From NCBI GenBank assembly GCA_963926085.1, contig CAWUWV010000430.1, positions 1-32,041 of the forward strand: 32,041 nucleotides of DNA, in the 5' to 3' direction. The translations under genes and the position numbers were made by a program. Source of the DNA: an uncultured Alphaproteobacteria bacterium (GTDB taxonomy: Bacteria > Pseudomonadota > Alphaproteobacteria > Bin95). Below, piece after piece: positions 1-9,387 of the stretch; positions within the stretch are counted from its first letter, which is position 1; every line of letters starts with the position of its first letter. Under the pieces are notes generated by a model that worked only from the letters and a program-made list of their open reading frames with translations, was not told the DNA's origin and made no database searches.

Positions 1-46
1 CCGCGACAACGCGACAACGCAGATCAAGAGAAAGAGCATTCGCCAT
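1..46 (-). CDS. IS630-family transposase, N-terminal fragment (MANALSLDLRCRVVA...)
   Basis: ATG at 46-44 follows AAAGGAGG. The translation matches the typical IS630 HTH start M-x-x-x-x-S-x-D-L-R-x-R-V-V-A. It is too short to appear in the ORF track. Confidence 0.75.
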   Translation of the reverse strand, partial: MANALSLDLRCRVVA

Positions 47-139
47 GTAAGCTGGCCTCCTTTGCCAGCAAACATCGTGAATCACATATTCCCTACCAAG
101 GGAATCCCAAACGATTCAATCAAATCCAAATCCGCTCTA
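1..139 (-). mobile_element. Left end of an IS630-family insertion sequence (partial, runs off the window)
   Basis: The minus strand reads TA|GAGCGGATTTGGATTTGATTGAATCGTTTGGGATTCCC, starting at the TA at 138-139, which resembles alphaproteobacterial IS630 terminal repeats. Internal palindromes lie at 88-105 (ATTCCCT-acca-AGGGAAT) and 77-85. A strong RBS (AAGGAGG) precedes a transposase-like start. FG-GAP homology stops exactly at this TA. Confidence 0.8.
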
Positions 140-1118
140 AGATGTCATCAAGGCCGTCGCCATTGATGTCTCCCATGACAATGGCGTGGCTGCCGCTGTA
201 TTCACGGTTGCCACTGCCATCAATACGAAATCCGTCTGAGGCGTCTAAATCTGCCAGCTCTACAGTTTGCGTGAATGGCGTCGCTTGGCCGAAAACAATG
301 AACGTAGATCCAGCGTGATATGAGGAGTCGTAGTCACCAGCAGGCGTCGCATTATTTGCGCTTACAATAATGTCATCGAAGCCGTCGCCGTTAATATCGC
401 CACTGTCGATACTCGCCCCGAGTTGATCATCACTTTGAGCGCCTTTTAATAAGAAACCTTCTGACGCATCCCGCCCACCAAGGCCTTCGAATTGGCTGAA
501 GGGTTGGTCTGACCCAAAAAGTACAGCAGCGCCAAAATCTGTGCCGCCCAATCCCGTGTTTACGACAATGTCATCGAAGCCATCATTATTGATGTCACCA
601 GCGCTGCGCGCCTTATGAAGAATTTCGTTACCGGCGGTCTCGAGATCATAATTAAAGCCATTTGCGCCATTAAGCGCACTTGTACTAAAGCTTGCTGCGC
701 CTTCATTCGCGCCGCCGAAGACAACATAGGCCCTGGAACCCAAAGACCGGATGACAATGTCATCAAGGCCATCACCGTTGAAATCTCCCGCCCCACTGAC
801 AGATAGACCGAGCGAATCCTGGTCCAGTCCGCTGTCTATTTTGAAGCCATCTGACCCATCTAAGCTTTGTAGGTCGACCTCAGAGCGGTCATTTTGGGCG
901 CGCCCATATACGACATATGCGGCGCCTAATTGTCTCCCACCGGACGGATTTGAAGCGAAATCGGCTTTAGCTGCAAATGCTCCAACGAGAAAATCAGTCA
1001 GTCCGTCACCATTTAAATCGCCTGCACTGCTGACATCAAAGCCGCTTCTGTCGCCAGGCTCTTGGGTGGTCAGGCTAAAGCCGTCTGTGCCGTCCAGATC
1101 GTTCAGAAAGATTGTCAT
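120..1118 (-). pseudogene. FG-GAP repeat (integrin-alpha-like beta-propeller) protein, truncated by the IS630 insertion
   Basis: Five G-D-x-N-(G/N)-D-G-x-x-D repeats plus GAAYVVYG and 'LDGSDGF' motifs. The ORF breaks in the fifth repeat (GDINGDGLDDIL). The last residues (ERIWI) and the stop are read from IS sequence. Confidence 0.85.
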
Positions 1119-1292
1119 GAGCGCCGCGCCTTCGATGCAACTACGGATGCGTAGCAGTATCGCCGCGCTCGACTAACCCCGGCCTTCAGAAAATACTTTG
1201 GATTTGATCAAAAATGGCATGACCTAGGCACGGGTGAGGTGCGTTACCTCATAAGTAGAGGGAGGACGGTGCCATCATGATTGCTGCTTGTT

Positions 1293-2075
1293 CTAGCGGC
1301 GGTTTCGGCGGCCTCCGTCGCGGCGGTCCCCTGTTCCGCTGTCAAGTCCGGCTGTTTCAGCCTCGCGGCTATTGCCGTCGCTTGGTCCAGGGTTCAGGCG
1401 GCCACGGCGGTCGTTCTCGGCCGTGCAAGCAGGCGCCCCAGGACCTTCGATGCCGAGCGATGTTGCGGCCTGTTGGATCGTCCTTGTGGGGATAATCACC
1501 GGCGGCGTTGGGAGTTCGCCTAACTCGATCCGGGTGAATTCACCTGCCTGTGTCAGCTCAAAGCCTTGGCCAGACCTGGTTTCGCCACGTATCCATTCAC
1601 CATAGACCAGCGTTACCTCAACAACTGTCGCCGAAAGCACGTTCACGTGGGCAATCCCGCCGCGGACGCCCATGGTTGCAACTGGCGTTTCAATATTAAC
1701 GGCCCCATTCTTTGAAATGCGCCCGCCGACATACCGCATCAGCCCTTGTGACAGATTGATGGCCATCTGGCCCGTCCGGGTGTTCGGATCGTAGACAAAT
1801 GCGTCAATCGTCAGCTCAGATTGGGCCGATACGGTTACTGCACTTTGGTCCAGCATCAATAGCTGTGCAGGCCCCATCGCGCCTGTGGTCACACGTTCTT
1901 GCACCACGAGACTGTGGCCAGGCACCAGGGTGCGCTCATTTAGTGATGGCGGTGTTGTCATCGTATCCGGCATTGCGGTTGCTGCGACGCCAACCGTCTT
2001 GGCATTCACGCCAGAGCCTGCCGTCAAGCTAAGGCAGATCAGCCCGGCTAAGGCTAGGCTTGATATCGTACGCAT
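1293..2075 (-). CDS. Secreted FecR-domain protein
   Basis: N-terminal signal peptide. FecR-like motifs (VTTG..G.AQLLMLDQS..TV..QSELTIDAFVYDP; GLMRYVGGRISK; IETPVATMGVRGG). RBS GGGAG. Low-complexity charged C-terminal tail. Confidence 0.85.
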   Translation of the reverse strand: MRTISSLALAGLICLSLTAGSGVNAKTVGVAATAMPDTMTTPPSLNERTLVPGHSLVVQERVTTGAMGPAQLLMLDQSAVTVSAQSELTIDAFVYDPNTRTGQMAINLSQGLMRYVGGRISKNGAVNIETPVATMGVRGGIAHVNVLSATVVEVTLVYGEWIRGETRSGQGFELTQAGEFTRIELGELPTPPVIIPTRTIQQAATSLGIEGPGAPACTAENDRRGRLNPGPSDGNSREAETAGLDSGTGDRRDGGRRNRR

Positions 2076-2314
2076 TGTTATTGGACTCCCGCCCGAACCG
2101 CTCTTGATCGCGGTTACGTATCGGAATGTCAGGTTTGCGTTCAGGAATACAAGGGAACTTCTGCTGGAATGTGTCTGATGTCACAGCACGGTCTTTGCTG
2201 GGCTGATGATTAAGGCGTTGTTTATGACCTCATTCACACGCCCTCGCAGTATTGTAAGAGGTGGTTGATCGGCGCGGCTGATAGCACTCTCCGAAGCATG
2301 GGGAGAAATGTGTG

Positions 2315-4033
2315 ATGCGGGTCATAGCGACAGTTTTGGTATTGGTTGGCGTTCTATTTACGGCAGCGGCGGATGCAGCACCGGTTAGGGACAAAACGTT
2401 CCCATGGCGCACATGGGATGAATCTGTGTTCGAGGAAGCGCGCCGGGACAACAAATATGTCCTGCTGTCGCTGCAATCCTGGTGGTGCCCATGGTGCCAC
2501 ACGATGAACGAGAACACGTTTGGCGATAAGGATATCCGCGCTGAACTGGCCAAGAATTACATCACTGTCCGCGTTGATCAGGATAGCCGCCCCGATGTCT
2601 CCCAGCAGTATGAGCGCTGGGGCTGGCCTGCGACTGTCGTGTTCGGGCCTGATGGGACGGAAATTGTGAAACTGCGCGGGTACGTGCCACCGCCGCGTTT
2701 CATGGCGATCATCAAAGAAATCATCGTTGACCCAAGCCCCGTTCAATATGGCAGCCTTGGCGGTCCAGAGCGGCCTCTCTCCAAAGCAACGCAGCTTGGC
2801 GACGCAGAACGCGCCCGCATTCTCGGTTTCATGGATGAGATGTGGGATGAGGAAAACGGCGGCTGGGGCAGGCGTAGCAAATTCACCGATGGCCCAACAT
2901 TCCTCTATGCACTCGAACGCGGTTTTGCTGGTGATGCTGAAATGCTGCGGCGTGCGCGCAAAACCGTTGATGGCTTTATGAAGCTGATTGATGCGGAGAT
3001 GGGTGCTGTCGCACAAGTAAGCCCTTCCCACGACTGGACCGGTGCATTCCGTGAATTTCCGATGTTCGCGCAAGAAGCAGGCCTGACGGTGTTTTCCCAG
3101 GCCTATTCCGTTTGGGGCGATCCTGCGCATAAAGCCGCGGCAGATAAGGTCTATGCTTTTATGACCAAGACACTGACAGGCCCGAACGGCGCGTTCTACA
3201 CGTCGCTGGGTTTGGCGGAAGGCAATCCGGGCGTTGATACCCGCCAATATGCCTGGGAAAACGGCATGGCTGCCAATGGCATACTGGCCTACTACGCCGC
3301 GACTGGCGATAAGGCGGCACTTGCAGCTGCGATCCGCGCGGTCGAATGGGTGCTGGCTGAACGCTCCCGTGGCGATGGCGGGTTCAATCACGCGGCTGAG
3401 GATACCGGCGGACCGTTCCTGGTGGATACATTGGCGATGGGCCGGGCGTTCCTGGCGCTCTACCGGTCTACTGGTGACAGGAAATGGCTGAAGCATGCTG
3501 GTCGTGCGGCAGATTTCATGGCGGCAACGTTCATCGACCCTGAAACCGGCGCATTCCTGGCATCTCAGCCCGATCCGATGTTGCCCAAACCGGCCCGGCA
3601 AAAGGATGACAATGTCTCTGCCGTCCGCTTCTTTAACCTGATGAAATATTACACGGGCGAGGATCGCTATAGCGCTATTGCAGAGGCTGGCATGGGCTAT
3701 CTCACATCGCCCGCAGTGACGGACGCCCATTTTTTCCTGCCTGGCGTATTACTGGCGGAGCAAGAGCTCACCCATGAGCCGGTCAAGGCGACAATTGTCG
3801 GCGGCAAGGATGATGCGCAAGCGGCGGCGCTGCATTTGGCGGCGCTCGCATATCCGACAGAATACAAGCGTGTGCAGTGGTGGGATAAGCGGGAGGGTAA
3901 GCTGCCGTATCACGATGTGAATTACCCGGATTATCCGGAAGCAGCGGCATTTGCTTGCACCAGTACGTTCTGTTCCCTGCCTGTAACGGAAGTGGGCGGC
4001 GTTGCGGAGGCGCTCAAACGTCTGCAACGATAG
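2315..4033 (+). CDS. DUF255/YyaL (SPATA20-like) thioredoxin-domain protein with signal peptide
   Basis: WWCPWCHTM motif, VDQDSRPD..QQY..WGWPATV, alpha-barrel region and C-terminal AFAC...CSLP. Start taken as ATG 2315 (GTG 2312 is an alternative), after GGGAGA. Confidence 0.85.
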   Translation: MRVIATVLVLVGVLFTAAADAAPVRDKTFPWRTWDESVFEEARRDNKYVLLSLQSWWCPWCHTMNENTFGDKDIRAELAKNYITVRVDQDSRPDVSQQYERWGWPATVVFGPDGTEIVKLRGYVPPPRFMAIIKEIIVDPSPVQYGSLGGPERPLSKATQLGDAERARILGFMDEMWDEENGGWGRRSKFTDGPTFLYALERGFAGDAEMLRRARKTVDGFMKLIDAEMGAVAQVSPSHDWTGAFREFPMFAQEAGLTVFSQAYSVWGDPAHKAAADKVYAFMTKTLTGPNGAFYTSLGLAEGNPGVDTRQYAWENGMAANGILAYYAATGDKAALAAAIRAVEWVLAERSRGDGGFNHAAEDTGGPFLVDTLAMGRAFLALYRSTGDRKWLKHAGRAADFMAATFIDPETGAFLASQPDPMLPKPARQKDDNVSAVRFFNLMKYYTGEDRYSAIAEAGMGYLTSPAVTDAHFFLPGVLLAEQELTHEPVKATIVGGKDDAQAAALHLAALAYPTEYKRVQWWDKREGKLPYHDVNYPDYPEAAAFACTSTFCSLPVTEVGGVAEALKRLQR

Positions 4034-4066
4034 GGGATCAACGTTGCAGACAGCAGGAGAGTATCC

Positions 4067-4540
4067 ATGGAGCCGCGCAAGCCGACGGGCATGTATTTTG
4101 AGGATTTCGTCGTGGGTGAAACCTACACCACGCCCCGGCGGACGATCACAAGCACCGACATCGTGAATTTTGCCTGCCTATCAGGTGATTTCAATGCGCC
4201 CCATGTGGATTGGGAATTCTGCAAGGAGCAGCCCTATCAGGAGCCCATCGCCCATGGCCCGCTCGTCTTGGCGATTATGGGTGGGCTTCTCTGCCAAAGC
4301 GGCATGAATGACGGCACCATCGTCGCCATGCTTGGCACCGATGAGTGGCGGGTCAACTTGCCGGTGAAGCACGGCGATACCTTGGAGGTCGCAGTGAAAG
4401 TGCTCACCAAGCGGCGCACCAGCAGCGGTTCCAAAGGCATCGTCGAGTTTGCACGTGAAGTGCGTAATCAGCGCGGCGAAGCGGTGCACACAATGAAATC
4501 AACCAGCATGTATCTTTGCCGTGAAGCTGCTAGCGCTTAA
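4067..4540 (+). CDS. MaoC/PaaZ-like hotdog-fold dehydratase
   Basis: YFEDF, FACLSGDFNAPHVD, IAHG and PVKHGDTL motifs. RBS AGGAGA. Confidence 0.9.
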   Translation: MEPRKPTGMYFEDFVVGETYTTPRRTITSTDIVNFACLSGDFNAPHVDWEFCKEQPYQEPIAHGPLVLAIMGGLLCQSGMNDGTIVAMLGTDEWRVNLPVKHGDTLEVAVKVLTKRRTSSGSKGIVEFAREVRNQRGEAVHTMKSTSMYLCREAASA

Positions 4541-4561
4541 AGGCTGCGGCTATACGAGTAC

Positions 4562-5173
4562 CTATACAAGACCGTGGATCTTGGCAAACGGGTCCCAATC
4601 TGGGTCCCGCTTCCAGTCATATTCTGTGCTGTTAGCAACGCGCTCAGCATCCTCGGCGGAATATTCGCGGGCGATGGCGGCGAGCGCCATATCCATGCCG
4701 GCTGATACGCCTGACGACGTCATGATGTCACCGTCCTCGCACCAACGTGCTTGCTTAATCCAGTCAACCTTTGGACCTTGCTCCATTACCCATTTGAACG
4801 CGGCCTTATTGCTTGTGGCGCGTTTGCCGTCGATCAATCCGGTACGCGCCAGAAGGGCGCTGCCGGTGCAGACGGTCATGGTAAGTTCAGCTTTCGGCGT
4901 CATGGCTTTGATCCAGTCAATCAGGACGGGATTATCAACCTCAGGCCGTGTTCCTGGGCCACCCGGGATCAGCAGCATGTCGTAGCTGTCCCGGTCGCCG
5001 AAAGCGTCATCGACCACGGTCTGCGGGCCTTGGCGGCTGGCAACGGGATCGCCTGTTTGGGCGACCATGCGGATTTCGACTTCTTCCCCCATCATGCCAA
5101 ACATTTCGAGTGGGCCGAACATGTCTAGCAGTTCGTAGCCAGGGAAAATGAGTGCGCCGAGTGTTTTAGCCAT
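4562..5173 (-). CDS. DJ-1/PfpI family protein
   Basis: ELLDMFGPLEMF, LIPGG, VCTG nucleophile motif, TSSGVSAGMDMAL. Confidence 0.92.
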   Translation of the reverse strand: MAKTLGALIFPGYELLDMFGPLEMFGMMGEEVEIRMVAQTGDPVASRQGPQTVVDDAFGDRDSYDMLLIPGGPGTRPEVDNPVLIDWIKAMTPKAELTMTVCTGSALLARTGLIDGKRATSNKAAFKWVMEQGPKVDWIKQARWCEDGDIMTSSGVSAGMDMALAAIAREYSAEDAERVANSTEYDWKRDPDWDPFAKIHGLV

Positions 5174-5182
5174 GATGTTCTC

Positions 5183-6145
5183 CTATGCGCCGACATTGCG
5201 GGCGAACTGGCCGCCATCGCGGAACCGCACCAAGTATGTTGGGGCGACGGCAGCAATCCCAGTTGGTTTGATGCCAAGTGCATCCAATCCTTCGGCACCG
5301 TCTGAAACGACATTGTCGCTTTCAAGCAAGGTCAATTGATCGCGCGTGATTGGCGCACCCGGAATGCATTCCATCAGCCCAGCGATCGGGCGGAGCAATG
5401 CCGATGGAATGGGCAGGAGCAGGCGCTTGCGGCCCGTTTCTGCCATTACATATTCCAGGACTTCCTTGAAGGACATCACGTTTGGGCCGCCAAGCTCGTA
5501 CGTCTTGCCTGCCGCGTCTTCTGAACTTAGCGCTGCCATAACGGCATCCGCTACGTCGCCCACATATACCGGCTGAAACTTGGTGTTACCGCCGTCGATC
5601 AGCGGTAGGGCAGGTGCCAGCCGGGCCATGGCAGCGAAGCGGTTAAAGAAATCATCCTCTGGGCCGAAGACGACGCTTGGCCGCAGGATGGTCGCGTTCG
5701 GCATGGCGGCTTTAACCGCAGCTTCGCCCTTCGCCTTGGATTGCGCATATTTGCTGTCACTATCGGCGCTGGCGCCAATGGCGGACATTTGCACAAAGCG
5801 TTCTACGCCTGCGGCTTTTGCGGCCTCGGCGATGATGCCTGGTGCCTCGGCCTGGATGCGGTCAAAAGACTGACTGCCGCCTTCCGCCAAGATACCGACC
5901 AGATTGACCACATCGTCCGTGCCATCAACTGCCTGACGCACCAGGCGCTCATTGGTGACGTTCACGGCGAAGGGGGCGACTTGGCCAACGGCACCCATTG
6001 GCTTCAGAAATTTTGCTTTTTCTGCGTCTCGCACCGCGACACGCACGCGCGCACCCTCATTGGCGAGCCGCTTAATGACATATCGACCGATAAACCCGGA
6101 CCCGCCAAAAACCGTGACGCTGCGCCCTTGAAAGCTGGATGCCAT
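5183..6145 (-). CDS. Complex I NDUFA9-subunit-family NAD-dependent epimerase/SDR
   Basis: TVFGGSGFIGRY, LKPMGAVGQV, YAQSK, RPSVVFGPEDDFFNRFA and FQPVYVGDVA motifs. Confidence 0.93.
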   Translation of the reverse strand: MASSFQGRSVTVFGGSGFIGRYVIKRLANEGARVRVAVRDAEKAKFLKPMGAVGQVAPFAVNVTNERLVRQAVDGTDDVVNLVGILAEGGSQSFDRIQAEAPGIIAEAAKAAGVERFVQMSAIGASADSDSKYAQSKAKGEAAVKAAMPNATILRPSVVFGPEDDFFNRFAAMARLAPALPLIDGGNTKFQPVYVGDVADAVMAALSSEDAAGKTYELGGPNVMSFKEVLEYVMAETGRKRLLLPIPSALLRPIAGLMECIPGAPITRDQLTLLESDNVVSDGAEGLDALGIKPTGIAAVAPTYLVRFRDGGQFARNVGA

Positions 6146-6261
6146 GACCTGAAGAACTCCCGCGTGGCAGAATGAAAGTGCTGGCGGCTTTATATCCTAC
6201 GCTGTCGCATGCTGAAACCCGCGCTTGCTGTCGCGGTCCGAACCCTCTATCGAACGGCGTT

Positions 6262-7461
6262 ATGCAAGACACATCACCGCCTTATCCTCGGCTCCGGCTG
6301 CTGCCAAAGCGCCACCGCCGCCTGAAACTCGGCCACCCTTGGGTCTATTCGAACGAGATGCAGCCGAACCCAGTGCTGAAAGCGCTGGATGCTGGCAGCC
6401 TCGTGACCGTTGAAAATGCCGCAGGCGAACCTGTCGGCACGGCGGTCTTTAACCCGAAGCCACTCGTCGTTGCTCGGATGATCTCCGCCAAGCCGGACGC
6501 TGCCTTAGACCAGGCTTATGTAGAAACGCGTCTGCAAGCGGCGTTGGCCTTGCGGGAGCGGCTATTCCAGGAGCCATTCTACCGCCTGATCCATGCAGAG
6601 ACTGATGGCCTACCCGGCGTCATCATCGATCGCTACGGCGATGTGATTGCGGTGCAAATTAACACGGCAGCATTCGATGTCCGCCGTGAAATGGTGATCG
6701 CTGCTATTCAGGCTGTTCTGAATCCTCGCACGATTGTCATCCGCCTAGCCTCTGCCGCCCGGTTGATGGAAGGCTTGAAGGACGAAGACGATATTATCGT
6801 CGGCGATTTGGATGGCCCGATTGAGCTGCTCGAAAACGGCGTTGTCTTCCTGGCGGACCTGAGCGATGGCCAGAAAACGGGCTGGTTCTTTGATCAGCGC
6901 ATGAATCGCGCTGCTGTCGCTAATTTGGCATCAGGCGCGCGCGTGCTCGACGTGTACTGCTATCTCGGCGGCTTCGGCCTGAATGCGGCGATGGCGGGCG
7001 CGGAAGACGTGACGCTGGTTGATCGTTCAGCCCAGGCGTTAGAACTCGCGAGCGAAGCGGCGAAGCGCAATGGGGTGGCGGACAAGGTCACGACAGTTCG
7101 TTCTGAAGCGTTTGCCTTCCTGGATGAATCTGTTCAGGCCGGCATGCGTTGGGATATCGTTATTGTTGATCCGCCAGCATTCGTAAAAAGCCGCAAGGAC
7201 CTGTCTGCAGGCCTCCGCGCCTATCGGAAAATGGTGCGTTTAGCTTGCCGCTTAGTCAGCCCGGGCGGGTTTCTGTTCGCGGCGTCATGTTCTCATAACG
7301 TTGATGCTGTGCAGTTCATGGAACAAGTGCGCCATGGCCTTGGCGACGGTGGCCGGAACGGGCGCTTGCTGCGTGAGGCGGGCGCAGGGCCAGATCACCC
7401 CGTGCATCCCTTCCTGCCCGAAAGCGCCTATCTCACAAGTGCCCTGTTGCAACTGGACTAA
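6262..7461 (+). CDS. rlmI: RlmI/RlmK-type class I SAM-dependent rRNA methyltransferase (PUA domain)
   Basis: GHPWVYSNE, GQKTGWFFDQR, VLDVYCYLGGF, IVDPPAF, ASCS and GPDHPVHP..PESAYL motifs. Start moved to ATG 6262 because the 30 upstream codons are not homologous. Confidence 0.85.
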   Translation: MQDTSPPYPRLRLLPKRHRRLKLGHPWVYSNEMQPNPVLKALDAGSLVTVENAAGEPVGTAVFNPKPLVVARMISAKPDAALDQAYVETRLQAALALRERLFQEPFYRLIHAETDGLPGVIIDRYGDVIAVQINTAAFDVRREMVIAAIQAVLNPRTIVIRLASAARLMEGLKDEDDIIVGDLDGPIELLENGVVFLADLSDGQKTGWFFDQRMNRAAVANLASGARVLDVYCYLGGFGLNAAMAGAEDVTLVDRSAQALELASEAAKRNGVADKVTTVRSEAFAFLDESVQAGMRWDIVIVDPPAFVKSRKDLSAGLRAYRKMVRLACRLVSPGGFLFAASCSHNVDAVQFMEQVRHGLGDGGRNGRLLREAGAGPDHPVHPFLPESAYLTSALLQLD

Positions 7462-7612
7462 TGCCAGGGGCGCCCTGCACATCACCAATGGCGATAGCGC
7501 TGCTGGATTGATCCAGGCCAGCTAACGGAAGATTTCTGCGGTTCTACGCTTGCAACGCATCGTGTTTCGGTCCTAGCCTGTCAGTCTGCAACACAGGGCT
7601 GGAGGTAAGGAC

Positions 7613-9328
7613 ATGCATGATATCGTCATTCGCGGTGGCACGATCATCGACGGTACGGGCGCTGAGGGCTTCATCGGCGATGTGTCTATTGACGGCGAGA
7701 CGTTGGCGCAAGTCGGTGGTGATGTAGGCCCCGGCAAGCGTGAAATTGACGCCACAGGTCTGCTTGTAACGCCGGGCTGGGTTGATGTGCATACCCATTA
7801 TGACGGCCAGGCCACCTGGGACCCGATGCTGGCGCCGTCCTCCTGGCATGGCGTGACAACGGTGTTGTTCGGCAATTGCGGCGTCGGTTTCGCGCCCTGC
7901 AAACCGCAAGACCACGACGCGCTGATCGACCTGATGGAAGGCGTTGAGGACATTCCGGGCATCGTGCTGTCTGAGGGTTTGAAGTGGGATTGGGAAAGTT
8001 TCCCAGAATTCATGGACGCGCTGGAACGCCAACCCCGTGCCATCGATATCGGTGCCCAGATGCCGCATCATCCCCTCCGCGTTTATGTCATGGGCCAACG
8101 CGCCATTGATTTTGAGGACGCGACGGAAGAAGACATCGCCGAAATGCGGCGGCTGACGGAAGAAGCGTTGAAGGCGGGCGCGTTTGGCTTCACCACCTCC
8201 CGCACAGAAAGCCATCGCACCACCAAGGGCGAGCGCGTGCCCGGCCGCTATGCTGCGTTTGATGAGTTGATCGGTATCGGCAAAGCCTTTGGTACCGTAG
8301 ACCACGGTGCCTATGGCATGCTGAATGACTTTGAGGATGAAGCGGCGGAATTTGCCTGGATGAAGCAGGTTGGGCAGGAATCAGGCCGTCCGCTCTGGTT
8401 CTTGATGACTGACCGATATTCCGATCCAGACCGCTGGAAACGGCTGATGGGCAATGTGCATGAAGCCCGCGATGCAGGCGCAGATGTGACTGCCCAGATC
8501 GCAGGCCGCGCCGTCGGCATCATCCTTGGCTTTTCGACATCACTGACGCCATTCAGCGGTCGTCCAACTTTCGCAAGCTTGGAAGGCATGCCGCAGCCAG
8601 AACGTCTGGCGAAGCTTAAGGACCCTGCGATCCGCGCCCAAATTCTGGGCGAGGAAAATTCAGACGTGCTTCTGAACAAGCTCCCACCTTTGCAGCGGGC
8701 TATAGCGAGCCGGTGGGACCGGATGTATGTGCTGAATGATCCGCCAGAGTATGAGCCAAAGCCGGAAGCAGCCGTTGAAGAAGCGGCGCGGCTTGCTGGC
8801 AAGAGCCCGCAGGAATTCGTGTACGACTTCATGGCGGAAGGTGATGGCGGCGGTATGCTGCTATTCCCCGTCACGAACTTCGTCACAGGCGACCTAGAGC
8901 CCGTCCATGAGATGATGCAGGACGAAGCCACCATTATCGGCCTCGGCGATGGCGGTGCCCATTGTGGCCAGATTTGCGATGCTTCTATGCCCACGTTCAT
9001 GCTGACCCACTGGACCCGAGATCGCACGCGCGGCGGTAAGTTTTCTGTGGAATGGGCGGTTCGACGGCTAACCAGCGAGACCGCAGATTTCTTCGGTTTC
9101 AAGGACCGAGGGCGGCTTAAGCAAGGCCTGAAGGCAGACGTAAACATCATTGATTATGACGCCCTTCAAATTCGCCGTCCGGAGGTGATCTTTGACCTGC
9201 CTGCAGGCGGCCGCCGCTTGGTGCAGCGGGCGGAAGGGTATGTGACCACCATCGTTTCCGGCACGCCGATTTTTGAGAATGGTGAGGCGACTGGCGCGCT
9301 TCCGGGTAAGTTGGTACGGGCTGGGTGA
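7613..9328 (+). CDS. N-acyl-D-amino-acid deacylase family amidohydrolase
   Basis: IVIRGGTIIDGTG, PGWVDVHTHYDGQ, HGVTTV..GNCG, GDGGAH and GLKADVNI motifs. RBS GGAGGTAAGG. Confidence 0.92.
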   Translation: MHDIVIRGGTIIDGTGAEGFIGDVSIDGETLAQVGGDVGPGKREIDATGLLVTPGWVDVHTHYDGQATWDPMLAPSSWHGVTTVLFGNCGVGFAPCKPQDHDALIDLMEGVEDIPGIVLSEGLKWDWESFPEFMDALERQPRAIDIGAQMPHHPLRVYVMGQRAIDFEDATEEDIAEMRRLTEEALKAGAFGFTTSRTESHRTTKGERVPGRYAAFDELIGIGKAFGTVDHGAYGMLNDFEDEAAEFAWMKQVGQESGRPLWFLMTDRYSDPDRWKRLMGNVHEARDAGADVTAQIAGRAVGIILGFSTSLTPFSGRPTFASLEGMPQPERLAKLKDPAIRAQILGEENSDVLLNKLPPLQRAIASRWDRMYVLNDPPEYEPKPEAAVEEAARLAGKSPQEFVYDFMAEGDGGGMLLFPVTNFVTGDLEPVHEMMQDEATIIGLGDGGAHCGQICDASMPTFMLTHWTRDRTRGGKFSVEWAVRRLTSETADFFGFKDRGRLKQGLKADVNIIDYDALQIRRPEVIFDLPAGGRRLVQRAEGYVTTIVSGTPIFENGEATGALPGKLVRAG

Positions 9329-9387
9329 GGGGATAGCCTGCGAGCTAGAGTCCATCGCCATTCCGCTCCAGATGAAAAAAGGCGCCA

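Noticed and set aside
2-20. 8-bp tandem repeat CGCGACAA x2
   Set aside because: It lies within the transposase coding start (LRCRVVA) and keeps the expected motif, so it is probably coincidental.
2154-2178. GGAACTT…TCTGA resembling an ECF sigma (RpoE-type) promoter
   Set aside because: The spacer is only 13 nt, against the 16-17 nt expected.
2354-3730. 458-aa antisense ORF
   Set aside because: Shadow frame opposite the well-supported DUF255 gene, with no recognisable motifs. Such frames are common in GC-rich DNA.
6172-6261. Extended N-terminus of the methyltransferase, and similar extensions at 12624, 12720, 15895 and 19320
   Set aside because: These are non-homologous extensions that run into divergent promoter regions or neighbouring genes. 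Downstream ATGs fit the family starts better, and several have a clear RBS.
7544-9150. Antisense ORFs of 253 and 279 aa
   Set aside because: Shadows of the amidohydrolase gene, with unnatural composition.
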